Shown here: positions 47,748 through 58,348 of the stretch, piece by piece | How the letters are laid out: each line of letters opens with the position of its first letter | How positions within the stretch are numbered: position 1 is the first letter of the stretch | IMG/VR virus record: IMGVR_UViG_2889931527_000001 | Strand: one strand, 5' to 3' | Source: a virus | Taxonomy: Duplodnaviria; Caudoviricetes | Length of the DNA stretch: 64,000 nt | Program-made: the position numbers and the translations under genes | The notes under the pieces: model-generated | Databases searched by the model: none | Told to the model about the DNA's origin: nothing | What the model saw: only the letters and a program-made list of their open reading frames with translations

Positions 47748-47797
47748 GCTTGACTGGGGGTCAAGAGGCCGCAGGTTCAAGTCCTGTCACTCGGACC
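47748..47797 (+). other. attR: 3' part of tRNA-Pro(GGG)
   Basis: CTTGA-CTGGGGG-TCAAG anticodon arm, T arm and ACCA, but no D arm or 5' acceptor strand. Confidence 0.85.
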
Positions 47798-47804
47798 AAA
47801 AGAT

Positions 47805-47936
47805 AGAAATCCGAACTTAATCTTCCAAGTTGGAGATGGGTTCGGATTTCTTCTTTTTACAGAAAATCTGGATTTAATCCGATAAACGGAAAAAAGGCGG
47901 GCCTTCCTCGTTGATTTGAGGAAAGCCCGCCTTTTC
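47805..47936 (+). terminator. Two hairpins downstream of the tRNA 3' end
   Basis: agaaatccgaac...gttcggatttct; aaaaggcggg...cccgcctttt. Confidence 0.7.
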
Positions 47937-48053
47937 GTGTGTAAACATCTCATATAGTAAATATTGTTTGAAAGTCCCCTTTGGCATAAAGATGATTTGG
48001 CAGTATGTATATCAAGTGCCCGAAGTGAGCACTTGATCGGAGATTGATTCGTT

Positions 48054-48236
48054 TTATCCAGCTTTAGCCATATGCTGTTTCAGCTGTTGTTCCTCCTTCC
48101 ACTGGGCAAACTGACGCTGTCCTTCTTCGCTGGCGTAAAACTTTTCAATCTCCGGCAGCAGCACGCGAGCCAAAGCCTCCATCTCGTGCTGCGGAATCCC
48201 GGTACCGTAATCATTTACCTTTTTCTTTTTTGCCAA
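48054..48236 (-). CDS. Small IME protein
   Basis: GGAGG RBS with TTG start; ALARVLLPEIEKFYASEEGQRQFAQWK. Confidence 0.65.
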   Translation of the reverse strand: MAKKKKVNDYGTGIPQHEMEALARVLLPEIEKFYASEEGQRQFAQWKEEQQLKQHMAKAG

Positions 48237-48298
48237 ATGGTGTACCTCCATAATAGATTTGCATATACGTACAAAGAAAAAGCCGCCACATATGGCGG

Positions 48299-49282
48299 TC
48301 ACAAGTTTTGCTCAATAGGCCGCTCCTTTCTCCCGGAGCCGCGGGTATACACATCCAGAACTTCCTTTGGGATACGATCAAGAACCGCCACAGCGTCAGC
48401 ATAGTCCCGCCGCAGCTTGGCATCGGCCAGCTGCTTTAAAGTGCTTTCCTGAGTCGCTTTTTCCAGAGACTGCTCCAGTTGAGCATTCTCCTGTTTCAGC
48501 TTTTTGTTCTCCATGGTGGTTTCCGTAAATGCCACCTGATATTTCTTCATGAGGTTGTACATCCGCTCCACAGCCGGGATATACTGATCCATAAAAGCGG
48601 CAATCTCGGCAGCTCTGCTTTTTGCGTTAAAGGCTCCAATACCGGCCAGCAGTTCCTCCAGCTTGGCCTTCTGTTTGAGCAGGCGGGTCATCTCCTTGAA
48701 CACTCTGGGCGGAATGTGTTCACGTCCGGTCTGGCTGGCGCTTTCTCCACGCTCGAGGTCGGGATATTTCCGCACCATGTGCTCCCAGAATTTGTCCTGC
48801 CACTGGGTCAGCTTTTTCTTGTTTCCCACGATTTCCTTGGCGCTGAGCCTGCCATCCGCAGTCAGCGGGACAAAAGAAAGGTGCATATGGGGCGTTTTCT
48901 CGTCCATATGCACCACAGCTGATATGATTGTTTTGGGGTCTTGGCTTTGCTGGAGAAAGGTCAGCGCCTCTTGAAAATAGGCTCTGATCTCAGATTTCTT
49001 CTTTCCTCGAAAGAAGTCCGGTGTGGCCGTTACTAGGGCTTCCACGACTCGAACACTGTCTGACCGGGTACGGCAACCGGCTTCTTTGATCTGCCGCTCC
49101 GCCTCCGCACGATATTTTCGTTTCGGCTCGATCAGATGGAAATTATACTTACTCCTGCTGATGTCCACATCGGGATTGCTGGCGTATTTCTCTTTGGTGC
49201 GCTCGTTGTGGGCTTCAATATTCCCGATCTCCGGTCCCTTGTACTTGGCAAAGCGGAGAATGGCATACTGCGTCTTACTCAT
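48299..49282 (-). CDS. MobV/Pre-family relaxase
   Basis: AHNERT; SAVVHMDEKTPHMHLSFVP HUH motif. Confidence 0.92.
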   Translation of the reverse strand: MSKTQYAILRFAKYKGPEIGNIEAHNERTKEKYASNPDVDISRSKYNFHLIEPKRKYRAEAERQIKEAGCRTRSDSVRVVEALVTATPDFFRGKKKSEIRAYFQEALTFLQQSQDPKTIISAVVHMDEKTPHMHLSFVPLTADGRLSAKEIVGNKKKLTQWQDKFWEHMVRKYPDLERGESASQTGREHIPPRVFKEMTRLLKQKAKLEELLAGIGAFNAKSRAAEIAAFMDQYIPAVERMYNLMKKYQVAFTETTMENKKLKQENAQLEQSLEKATQESTLKQLADAKLRRDYADAVAVLDRIPKEVLDVYTRGSGRKERPIEQNL

Positions 49283-49387
49283 ATGTTGTCCTCCTTTTTC
49301 CGTTTCTCAAATTACTGTGTGAATTGCTATAAAGAGCGTACAGCGGTCAATCAAAGTGTACGTACGTACAGCGTCCGCTCCCCGATA

Positions 49388-50767
49388 TTAGCGCCGCCAT
49401 TCTTCCGGCACATCTTCCGGTACGTACGTACGCATCGAATCACCGGAAAACACCGACATATTATTTCTTACCAGAACCTCAATTCCCAGAAAGCCACGTA
49501 CCCGCCGTCCGGCTGCATTGGTCACATTGTTGCAGTATTCCAGATTGTAGCGGCTCTGGCAGGCAATCAGGGCTTCGCTGAAGCTGCGGGGTTTCAGGGC
49601 GGGCAGATTATTTTCGGTGCAGTAAATCTGGTATGCCTCATACAGCTCTTTGGAGCTGGCAGATAGATCGGCTTTCCGGCGAATATACCCGTCCGAATCC
49701 AGAAAATCAAAGATATTGTTGTTATCTCGTTTGACGGCCTCCCGATTGTCTTTTGTGCGCTGGCTCTCGGTAAACTTGAAATTGTTGGCGGCCAGCCGCT
49801 GCAATCCCTCAAAAGCCCACAGCAGGATGCCCTCCACCTCGGCTTTCATCTTTTCGGCCAGGTCAGGATCGTCCGCACGGCCAGCCGGTTTTTCTTTTGT
49901 GGTCAGCACCAGCTGGCGGCGGTAAAATCCGTCACTCCGGTCAAATAGCGCCTGCAAATCTCCGTTGGAGAAAGCCAGCAGCCTGGCGCACATCCATCCC
50001 TGATAACTCTGCTTGCCCTTGCGCTCCAAATCCATCTTACCCTGGGCGGTGACGATGGATTTCACATAATTGGTCTGGCGCAGGGCTTCCATCCGCATAT
50101 CGTCATCCACGCACAGGAGGATATGCTCCAGGTCAGCACGGGCAAACCGGTTCTCGGATATTTTCCCGATGCTGCCATCCTTCATGTTGGAGCCGAACAA
50201 AACTCCCAGCACAGCGCCGATCTGAGACTTCCCCTCGCCGCCGTTGCCTTTAATCACCATCATTCGCTGGCCCTTATTGCTGGGAATCAGACAGTAGCCG
50301 ATGTATTCCTGCAAGGTGGGAATGTCCTCCGGGTAGAGAAGGTCATCCAGAAATTGCAGCCAGAGGACAGGTTTCGGGGCGTTGGGGTTATAGGCCATAG
50401 GGAAGCGGTTGCGGACGATTTCAGTTTTTCCCTCCACAAACCTCCCATCCAGAAAAAGCGTCCCGTTGGAAAGATGAATCCGGTCCGCCTGCGGGGGAAA
50501 ATCCTCCACCAGTGCTGCCAGCTTCATCAGCTCCACAATGTTGCTGATTTTACGGGGAATGTTGCTAACCGCACAGTATTTCATCCCCTCAAAAATCTCT
50601 CCTCGCAGGGGAAGTTCATCGGTTACACGGCCTTCGGGCGTGAAAAAAGCCCCGTTTGTGAAGATGATCTTGTGTGTCTGCAAGAACTCCTCACAAAACA
50701 GGGCTTCGTTGATACTTTTTCCATCAAACCAAACGGGCATTCCGTCAGGCTGCTTGTTTTTCTTCAT
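49388..50767 (-). CDS. Phage/plasmid P4-family primase-associated (D5-like SF3) helicase
   Basis: GNGGEGKS Walker A; CVDDD; AFSN; GFYRR. Confidence 0.88.
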   Translation of the reverse strand: MKKNKQPDGMPVWFDGKSINEALFCEEFLQTHKIIFTNGAFFTPEGRVTDELPLRGEIFEGMKYCAVSNIPRKISNIVELMKLAALVEDFPPQADRIHLSNGTLFLDGRFVEGKTEIVRNRFPMAYNPNAPKPVLWLQFLDDLLYPEDIPTLQEYIGYCLIPSNKGQRMMVIKGNGGEGKSQIGAVLGVLFGSNMKDGSIGKISENRFARADLEHILLCVDDDMRMEALRQTNYVKSIVTAQGKMDLERKGKQSYQGWMCARLLAFSNGDLQALFDRSDGFYRRQLVLTTKEKPAGRADDPDLAEKMKAEVEGILLWAFEGLQRLAANNFKFTESQRTKDNREAVKRDNNNIFDFLDSDGYIRRKADLSASSKELYEAYQIYCTENNLPALKPRSFSEALIACQSRYNLEYCNNVTNAAGRRVRGFLGIEVLVRNNMSVFSGDSMRTYVPEDVPEEWRR

Positions 50768-51365
50768 AGGTGACTTCCTCCTTTTTCAATCTTTTTAACC
50801 GTCCCTCCAAATTGGCAATCAGATCATCCTTGTTCAGTATTTCTACGATTTTCACCCGCTGTTCCAGCTCGGCGGCAATGAGCAAATCCGCCAGATACTC
50901 CACATAGTCCATCATCTGGCAGGTTTCCACAAACCGGTCATCCAGAGTACCTTCCGGCGCCTTAGGTGCGTGCCGCACCTTCCAGCATTCCAGAAGATGC
51001 AGATAATCGCACAGCACCCGCAGGCAGCGCACTTCCTCCTGCCGGTATGCTTTCAGCAGAGGACTTTTTGGCTTGGGCAGGGCGATTGCCGCTGGTGGCT
51101 TATCTGGGTCAATGCCAAAGTCATGAGCCAGCTTCTGCGCTGCCTCATAGTTGCTCAGACCGAACAACTTCGCCACAAGGTCGATCACGTCGCCGGTGGC
51201 TCCGCAGCCAAAACAGTAAAAGTACCGCTCGTTCAGCTTCATGCTGGGGTGTCGGTCATCATGGAACGGACAACAGACCATGCCATTTCGACTGACTTGC
51301 AGCCCATAATAGGCCGCAGCCTCCGGAACCCGGACAACTTGTTTTATCAGCTCAAACCATGTCAT
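50745..51365 (-). CDS. CHC2 zinc-finger (primase-type) protein
   Basis: CPFHDDRHPSM...CFGCGATGDVID. Confidence 0.9.
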   Translation of the reverse strand: MTWFELIKQVVRVPEAAAYYGLQVSRNGMVCCPFHDDRHPSMKLNERYFYCFGCGATGDVIDLVAKLFGLSNYEAAQKLAHDFGIDPDKPPAAIALPKPKSPLLKAYRQEEVRCLRVLCDYLHLLECWKVRHAPKAPEGTLDDRFVETCQMMDYVEYLADLLIAAELEQRVKIVEILNKDDLIANLEGRLKRLKKEEVTYEEKQAA

Positions 51366-51584
51366 TACTGCTCACTCCCTTCCGAAAGAAAATCCTGGGT
51401 GCCGTTTTTTACCATAGAACCTCTCTTTCTTGCGCTTCCGGCGCAGTCGCTATATAATGTTGTTGTAGTTCCCCAAAAAGTAATCCGATTTTAGATTACC
51501 CTTTCACTAATAGGAGAAATCCGGGGTGTAAAACGGAACCATTTTTTGAAAAAGCACAAAATATTTTTTGAAAGAGGTGAGGTC

Positions 51585-52436
51585 ATGGCGTATCTGTCTG
51601 ATGACGAGCTTCTGGATACCGAGGGTGGCTTCACCGTATGGGACGATGGGACAGGCACTGGTGTGGCGGAGGAAACGCTGGAACAGGCGCTTGCGGAAGA
51701 ACGTCTGGCAGAGCTGGAAAGCGAGCTGGAGCAGGACGAGCATCCTATCGACTATGAAGCGGAGCTGGAAAACGAGGAAGAAGAATCCGCCCCGGTCAGC
51801 GAAAAGCGACTGAAACGGGAGATTCGGGCGGAAGCCATGCGGCGGCTGGAGGAAGCAGCCCGCACTGAAAAGGATTTTCAAGTCGTAGTAGGGGAATGGG
51901 ACAGGCTGGATCGAAACCGGGAGCGCCGGGAGCGGGACCACGAAAACCTTCGGGGAGATGTACCGCTGGAATATCAGACGGTGCCTGAACCGAAACTCAT
52001 TCCACGGTGGATGAACAACCCTGCATACCGGCAGCTGATGGCCGGAAACTTTCTGGACATCCTGTTTGACTGCCCCTATGAGATGCACAACCTGACCGCT
52101 AATCCCTTTATTTCCCGCATGGTGGAGGAACTGAGCGAGGAACATAAGGAAGTTCTGTATTTCCTCTCTTTGCGGCTGTACAGCACCACCCGGCTTGCCA
52201 CTGTGCGTGGGCAGTCTGACCGCAACATCCGCAAGCTGCGGAAAACCATCCACAAGAAATTGCAGCGCCAGATGTATGACCATCTGGGCGGCAAGCAGGA
52301 GCATGGCGGCAGCTTTACCTTGCGGGAACGCCAGTTTTTGGAGGAATACTCGAAAATCGCAAGAAAACAGGGTAAGGATGCTGTGATCCGACGGGAGAAC
52401 AAGACTAAGCGCAGAAAAAAGAAAAACCGCCCCTGA
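51585..52436 (+). CDS. Hypothetical protein with sigma-region-4-like HTH
   Basis: GAGGTGAGG RBS; LSEEHKEVL...STTRLATVRGQSDRNIRK. Confidence 0.65.
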   Translation: MAYLSDDELLDTEGGFTVWDDGTGTGVAEETLEQALAEERLAELESELEQDEHPIDYEAELENEEEESAPVSEKRLKREIRAEAMRRLEEAARTEKDFQVVVGEWDRLDRNRERRERDHENLRGDVPLEYQTVPEPKLIPRWMNNPAYRQLMAGNFLDILFDCPYEMHNLTANPFISRMVEELSEEHKEVLYFLSLRLYSTTRLATVRGQSDRNIRKLRKTIHKKLQRQMYDHLGGKQEHGGSFTLRERQFLEEYSKIARKQGKDAVIRRENKTKRRKKKNRP

Positions 52437-52467
52437 TAATTGGGACGATTAAGGAGAAAGGGCGTGT

Positions 52468-53379
52468 ATGATGAAAAATCTGTTTGAACAGTCCCGTTCC
52501 CATTGGGTGCGGTACGATCATTACGAGCTGAAAACAGCGGAAGATGGCAAGCGGTACATCACCCCCGGCAAAAACGCAAAGCCGGATGTCTACAATCCGC
52601 TGAAAGAAGTCCCTAACATTGTGCTGGATGCGCTGAATGTGGGGATGCTGATGATGGGGCGCAAGCCGGAAGCAGAAGTGGAAAAGGCGATAATGGAATT
52701 TGTCACCCGGTACGGTCTGTTGGGACTAATGACCGCCTTGCCTACCACACCGTCCTTTATGGACTATGAGGCGGTGTACCTGCCGAAAAACCACTTCATC
52801 AAAGAAGAATCCATGGCGACAGACAAATATCTGTCCCTGTTTTACCCCTTTGACCAACTGGACTTGGTGAAGAAAGGCATTACATCCACATGGAACGTGT
52901 CTGGTGACCGGACGATGGTTGCCCTGACCATGACCTTCATGGACGAGCCGATGGCAAAGAACATGAGCTTCCAGCGGGAATATGCGGAACCCTATGACTG
53001 GGTTGCCCAGCAGTTCAAGGACTGGGCATTCACCCTGTCTACCTCAATCCTGTACTACAATGATTATGACTCCCTTGATGAGGACGCACGGGGGCTGTAC
53101 CGCAAGTCCATGGCTGCGTTCGGCGGAATCGCTCCCAGCTACCACATCGAGCTGCTGGATAAGCCAACCATTTATTGGGACTTTCATTCGCTGCTGCTGG
53201 GTATCCAGATGATGTTCAGCTTCATGCTGGTGGACAATGACCAGCCCCTGCGCCTGTGCAAGCACTGCCAGAAGGTGTTTTTGGGCAGCCGGTCCAATGC
53301 GGCCTTTTGTAGCCCACGGTGCAAAAACCAGTACAATGTCTACAAGAGCCGTGAGAAATCCAAGGGGGAAGCAGACTAA
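52468..53379 (+). CDS. C-terminal zinc-finger (CGNR-like) protein
   Basis: CKHC...FCSPRCKNQYNVYKSR. Confidence 0.7.
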   Translation: MMKNLFEQSRSHWVRYDHYELKTAEDGKRYITPGKNAKPDVYNPLKEVPNIVLDALNVGMLMMGRKPEAEVEKAIMEFVTRYGLLGLMTALPTTPSFMDYEAVYLPKNHFIKEESMATDKYLSLFYPFDQLDLVKKGITSTWNVSGDRTMVALTMTFMDEPMAKNMSFQREYAEPYDWVAQQFKDWAFTLSTSILYYNDYDSLDEDARGLYRKSMAAFGGIAPSYHIELLDKPTIYWDFHSLLLGIQMMFSFMLVDNDQPLRLCKHCQKVFLGSRSNAAFCSPRCKNQYNVYKSREKSKGEAD

Positions 53380-53895
53380 CGAGGTCGCTGTCGCTGCGGC
53401 GGGACAGGGCATGATATACCTTTGTTTCCTTTTCCGGCCAGGCAGATTTTGCCCTCTGTGCAAATCCCGATTCCGTCCGTATCCGTACAAAATCCGCCTG
53501 TCCTACTGTCGCCAAAAAGTGTCTGTCAACCGCTATCTGCCCGCACAGCAGATGGCGAAGCCAGCCCCTTTCCAGCGTCAGCCGGAAGCAAAGGTATAAC
53601 ACACTAGACTTTCCGAGGGAAAGTCGTGTGCCAAGGAAGGCACTGCCCTCCTTTGGAAACCTCCCGCCAAGGGGAACGCTGTTCCCCTCTAGACTCCCTT
53701 TGCCAACAGGGATGCTACTCGCCCCTATTGGATGACCTAGAGCCAAAGGGGCTTTGCCCCTCTGGACACCTCGCCTGTCCGTGCAGTGGCTATCCATCCT
53801 GCTCCTGCACAATGGTGCCCCCATACCCGAACAGAAAAGACCAGGCACGAAAATCCACCCAGAATAAGGGTGAATTTCCGTGCCTGGTTCATTGT

Positions 53896-56800
53896 TTATG
53901 ACGCTGTAATTTGAACCGCGTTTTCTCGAACCTGATTGATGGTCTCCATCAAAGCGGTTCTGGTTTTTGCATCAAACAATTTGATAAAACTGATTGGCTT
54001 GTCAAACGGTGGCTTGGTCAGCTCTGCGACATTTTCCATATATCCGTTCAGCTCAATATGATTGATGATTTTGTTTACAAAAGCAATCTGCTTTTGATTC
54101 AGAGATTGGTCATTGATAAAAGCGGAAAACGCCTGCATAGCCGCTTCATGATCTAGCTTAGCGATCTTGCGAATGAGCAAGCCAAAGGGTGTGTCGCCAA
54201 ACTCTCGGGCATAATCTTCTTTGCTGCCCAATTCGCTAGTTAGCACCCGCTCCAGTTCCTGATAATCGCCCATAGCCAGCGGAATATTATGGGTCAGCTT
54301 ATATATGGCCAGCGTATTCCCGTGCTCGTTCACATAGCGATTGACCTTGGCACGGTAGTCTTCAAAGTCATAGGCAGCTTCCAGCTGGACGCCCTCCTGA
54401 CTGTCAATAATCGGGTCAGTCAGCTTGGTGACGATCTGCCTCTGTGCTCCGCCACCTTCATCTAAAAATCGAATCAGCTCCCGCAGCTCCTTCCGAACCT
54501 GCTCAAACAGCAAAATATCATTCGCGTCCCAAAATGCATTGGTGTGAATCTCCTGAAGCATGGGCAACTTTGCCTTAATCTGCGGAATGCTGGCCTTACG
54601 CTCCAGTAGGGAAGCGGTGTCGCACAGTTGCTTTTTTGCATACTGGAAAGTGGGCATCTGCTCGATGTGTGCCAGAATTAGGCCATACATGAAATTATCA
54701 AACCGCTTTGCAAACTCGTCAGCCTCGTCTGAGCGTACCAGAGGTGCAATCTGTGTGAGCAACTCGCCCTTGTCACCTTCGCTTATGGACACGAAGGCTT
54801 CCGGCTTTTTATATTTCTCCACATACTGCATCCGCAATTTTACGGCAATCAGGTCTGAGTTGAGCGCCAGCACCTGCTTGTGGCAGGTATTGACGATCTC
54901 GCTGCGCCACATCTGATAGTCCTCACCGGCAAAGGCACTTTCCTGCAAAACCATTGCAATTTTGATTTGTTTGCCGAAGATGTTTTCCGACAGTGTTTTG
55001 GTTTCTCTGGTTTCGTAGCCTTCTTTATGTTCCCGGAAGTACTCAAAGTTGCCGCAGTAGTCAAAAATCAGGAACCGCCGCTTGTCGGTGTATGTTCCGT
55101 CAATCTGATCCAAACAGGCCAGTCCTTTGCACAGCCGAGTGCCGCGGCCAATCATCTGCCAGAACTTTGCCTTTGACCGAACTTTTTTGAAAAACACCAG
55201 ATTGACGCACTCCGGCACGTCGATGCCGGTGTCCATCATGTCCACAGATACCGCAATGTGCGGTTCTTTTTCCGGCTGCTTGAAGTCGTCGATCACCGTC
55301 TGGGCATAGGCATCATCGCAAATTACCCGCTGAGCAAATGTGCCGCGATACTGTGGGTACAGCTTATTGAATCGTTCCAGAATAAACTCCGCGTGGCGCT
55401 TGTTTTGGGCAAAGAGAATGGTTTTGCCCAGACGGTCACCGCCCGCCACCTTGATCCCCCGTTCCATCAGATCCTGCAACACGATGTCAACGGTTGTCTC
55501 GTTAAACACGAATTTATTGAGAGCGGCGGAGGGGATAAAGTCCGGCAGTTGACCATCCTCGATGAAATCATCCTCATACCGCTCCTTGTCATCGTCAGAC
55601 AAGTCATCGTATGTGATGCCCTCTTCCAGAAACTTGGTCTTGACCTCATAGTTATAATATGGCACCAATACATGGTCTTGATGAACTGCCGTTTCGTAAT
55701 CGTAGGCATAGGTGGGGACACCGTGTTCCATCTCGAAGAAGTCGTAGGTGTTCCGATCTACATCGGTTTTGGGCGTAGCGGTCAGGCCCACCATGAATGC
55801 GTCAAAATATTCAAAGATAGCCCTATACTTTTTAAAAATGCTCCTGTGGCTTTCGTCAATAATAATCAAGTCAAAATGCGCCGGAGTAAATAACTGACGC
55901 CCGTTCTTGGACTTGGTATCATCAATGGCGTTGAGGATGGTCGGGTAGGTGGAGAACACGATGCGGGCATTACGGTCATCCTTATTGGAGCAGAGATTGC
56001 ACAGAGACATATCTGGCAGATAATTTTTAAAATCGTCCTTTGCCTGTTTCACCAGTGCGGTGCGGTCGGCCAGAAATAGGATGTTTGTAACCCATTTGCC
56101 ACGGCTGAGCACATCGGTCAAGCTGGACGCAGTTCTGGTTTTGCCGGTGCCGGTGGCCATCACCAGCAGATGCTTGCGGAACCCCTGCGTAATCTGCTCA
56201 CATACCGCCCGGATGGCTTCTTTCTGGTAATACCGGTCTGTGATTTTGTCATCAATGGGAATATCCATCAAATCCATCCGCTCGGTGCGCCGGTTCATCA
56301 GCTTTTGCAGGTCATCCTTGCTGAAAATGCCACTGACCTTCCGTTGCGGGGCGGTCTGGTCATCCCAGAAGTAGGTTTCAAAGCCATTGGTGGTGAACAT
56401 CATGGGGCGGCGGCCAAACTTCCGTTCCAGACAATCCGCATACAAAACCGCTTGTTTGCGTCCAATGTTGGGGTCCTTGCTGGTGCGCTTGGCTTCTACC
56501 ACCGCCAGGGGCAGGCCGTCCTTCCCAAACAGTACATAGTCGCAGAAGCCAGGCTGACCTGGCACCCCGGCCATATCCTCCACACGATACTCCTCTTGTA
56601 CATCAGCATCCGGGCCGGTGAACTTCCAGCCCATCAGTTTGAAGTCCACGTCGATGTAGATTTTGCGGGTCTTGAATTCCGAGAGGTCCTCCGGCTGGAA
56701 GGTGCGTTCCTTCTGATGCTGCTCCTTTTCGGCGGTGTACCGGATGGACATCTGCTCGATTTGTTTGCGCAGCGCCTCGATCTCGGCGTCCTTCTGGTCC

Positions 56801-57276
56801 AGCAGACTTTCCTGTTCCTTGATTTTCCGGGTGTCCACCGCCACCTTTTCGGTGGGGACAAGGTTCTCGTCGAAGGTGCGCTCCTGATAGTCCGCGCCAT
56901 AGCAATAGTCAATCCACTGCACAAACTCAAACAGACCGCGCAGGGAAGCAAGCGCATCACTTGGCTGAACGCTGCGCTCGGTATGTACCGCCAGATTGCC
57001 CAACTTAATGATAAAAGGCATCTTGCCCCAAGTGTCGGAGTCCACAGCGAAGCGGAAAGTTGGCTCGTGAATGAGGGATTGCAGATTGTCCTTGTAAGGC
57101 ATTTTCATGGACTTGTCCGCTGCATATACCCATTTTACTGCTAGCTCCAATGCCTTACGGCAGCCTACTGCACACATGGCAGGAGCAGAAACATAAATTT
57201 TCTCAGCTTCCATGCAGGCGGGGGCGAAGAGGGCATATTCAGTTTTGGCTTTGAGAAAGGAGAAGTTAGTCATCAC
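53896..57276 (-). CDS. hsdR: Type I restriction enzyme R subunit
   Basis: DYVL..VVEAK nuclease; MATGTGKT; DESH; TATP; QMIGRGTR. Confidence 0.95.
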   Translation of the reverse strand: MMTNFSFLKAKTEYALFAPACMEAEKIYVSAPAMCAVGCRKALELAVKWVYAADKSMKMPYKDNLQSLIHEPTFRFAVDSDTWGKMPFIIKLGNLAVHTERSVQPSDALASLRGLFEFVQWIDYCYGADYQERTFDENLVPTEKVAVDTRKIKEQESLLDQKDAEIEALRKQIEQMSIRYTAEKEQHQKERTFQPEDLSEFKTRKIYIDVDFKLMGWKFTGPDADVQEEYRVEDMAGVPGQPGFCDYVLFGKDGLPLAVVEAKRTSKDPNIGRKQAVLYADCLERKFGRRPMMFTTNGFETYFWDDQTAPQRKVSGIFSKDDLQKLMNRRTERMDLMDIPIDDKITDRYYQKEAIRAVCEQITQGFRKHLLVMATGTGKTRTASSLTDVLSRGKWVTNILFLADRTALVKQAKDDFKNYLPDMSLCNLCSNKDDRNARIVFSTYPTILNAIDDTKSKNGRQLFTPAHFDLIIIDESHRSIFKKYRAIFEYFDAFMVGLTATPKTDVDRNTYDFFEMEHGVPTYAYDYETAVHQDHVLVPYYNYEVKTKFLEEGITYDDLSDDDKERYEDDFIEDGQLPDFIPSAALNKFVFNETTVDIVLQDLMERGIKVAGGDRLGKTILFAQNKRHAEFILERFNKLYPQYRGTFAQRVICDDAYAQTVIDDFKQPEKEPHIAVSVDMMDTGIDVPECVNLVFFKKVRSKAKFWQMIGRGTRLCKGLACLDQIDGTYTDKRRFLIFDYCGNFEYFREHKEGYETRETKTLSENIFGKQIKIAMVLQESAFAGEDYQMWRSEIVNTCHKQVLALNSDLIAVKLRMQYVEKYKKPEAFVSISEGDKGELLTQIAPLVRSDEADEFAKRFDNFMYGLILAHIEQMPTFQYAKKQLCDTASLLERKASIPQIKAKLPMLQEIHTNAFWDANDILLFEQVRKELRELIRFLDEGGGAQRQIVTKLTDPIIDSQEGVQLEAAYDFEDYRAKVNRYVNEHGNTLAIYKLTHNIPLAMGDYQELERVLTSELGSKEDYAREFGDTPFGLLIRKIAKLDHEAAMQAFSAFINDQSLNQKQIAFVNKIINHIELNGYMENVAELTKPPFDKPISFIKLFDAKTRTALMETINQVRENAVQITAS

Positions 57277-57277
57277 A

Positions 57278-58300
57278 TCATCTCCAGTATTTTATTTCTT
57301 TTGAACTCATCATGTCCTCATATTGTTTCAACGCGGTTTCCTTATCTGTATGAAGCAGTTGGTAAAACTGTTCATCATCTTCTTTTTTAGCGTCTATTGA
57401 AAAATCAATATACGATAATAAATCTATACGGTTAGAAATTAACATCTCTTTATTTATCTGCTTGCTGTTCATGCGCTTTACGCTGTTGTCATCAATTATG
57501 ATTATTCTGGGAATGTGCTGAACAGTATCGACAAACGCCAAAAATAATTCTGGCGTAATTGGCATACCAAGCAAGTCATATTCTATACCATCTTTTTCAC
57601 CGTAAATATTGACTACCGGCATATCGCTTGTAACGAATACGGAACCTTGGGCTTTAAAAATACACAGTTGCGATTCCTTCATTGTCTCAGCCAAAGCCCG
57701 AGGAAACAAGCCAACATCCGGAGCAATGTTCATCTTCAAAAACTCGTTTGCCAGCATGGACAGATAAACATTTTGCGGTACATCAGGAAAAATGTTCTTT
57801 ACATGTTTAATATGATCCGGATCGTTTTTGTATTGTGTATCAATGATATAATTTGACAGATGCACAAAAATAGGGTTTCTAAACAGTAGTGATGACATAA
57901 ATTGCCTTAGTTTATCAATTTCCACCCGAGCTAACTCAAATTCATCTGAATCCCGTAAAGCATTTTTTATCTTTGAGATAATGGTTGCGTATTCGCCTTC
58001 CAGTTCGATAAAACTGTTCTCGATCTCATTTGGTGCTGCAAAAACATGAGTTTTGCTATCTGGATCAATTGCAATTTGATCATATAGGTAAGAACGACAG
58101 CAAATATTGTCGATTGAAACCATTTTTGCGTTTTCATCATTAGTAAAAACAACATAAACTTGTTCTGATTTTTGATTACTCACAGAAAAGTTTTTTAAGT
58201 AAGCCTTGGGGACATAATGTTGTTTTCTCGTGATTTGCTTGTCTAAAACCTCTGTATACTCCATGACAATTTTGCTATCACCAATATTTCCTATATTCAA
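57278..58300 (-). CDS. DUF4238-like protein
   Basis: KQHYVPKAYLKNF; FVTSDMPV; MPITPE. Confidence 0.8.
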   Translation of the reverse strand: MNIGNIGDSKIVMEYTEVLDKQITRKQHYVPKAYLKNFSVSNQKSEQVYVVFTNDENAKMVSIDNICCRSYLYDQIAIDPDSKTHVFAAPNEIENSFIELEGEYATIISKIKNALRDSDEFELARVEIDKLRQFMSSLLFRNPIFVHLSNYIIDTQYKNDPDHIKHVKNIFPDVPQNVYLSMLANEFLKMNIAPDVGLFPRALAETMKESQLCIFKAQGSVFVTSDMPVVNIYGEKDGIEYDLLGMPITPELFLAFVDTVQHIPRIIIIDDNSVKRMNSKQINKEMLISNRIDLLSYIDFSIDAKKEDDEQFYQLLHTDKETALKQYEDMMSSKEIKYWR

Positions 58301-58348
58301 ATCTTCTCAGCACTAAAATTGATCAAGAAATCATCATTTTATCTAGCC

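Larger units (their letters stand above)
1..47797. mobile_element. Large prophage (right part; continues beyond the left window edge), rearranged and probably defective
   Basis: Terminase, portal, capsid, tail, antirepressor and tRNA genes; ends at a tRNA-Pro 3' fragment (attR); capsid truncated; no tape-measure or lysis gene recognised in the window. Confidence 0.9.

Noticed and set aside
47748-47797. Intact tRNA-Pro gene
   Set aside because: The D arm and 5' acceptor strand are absent; treated as attR.
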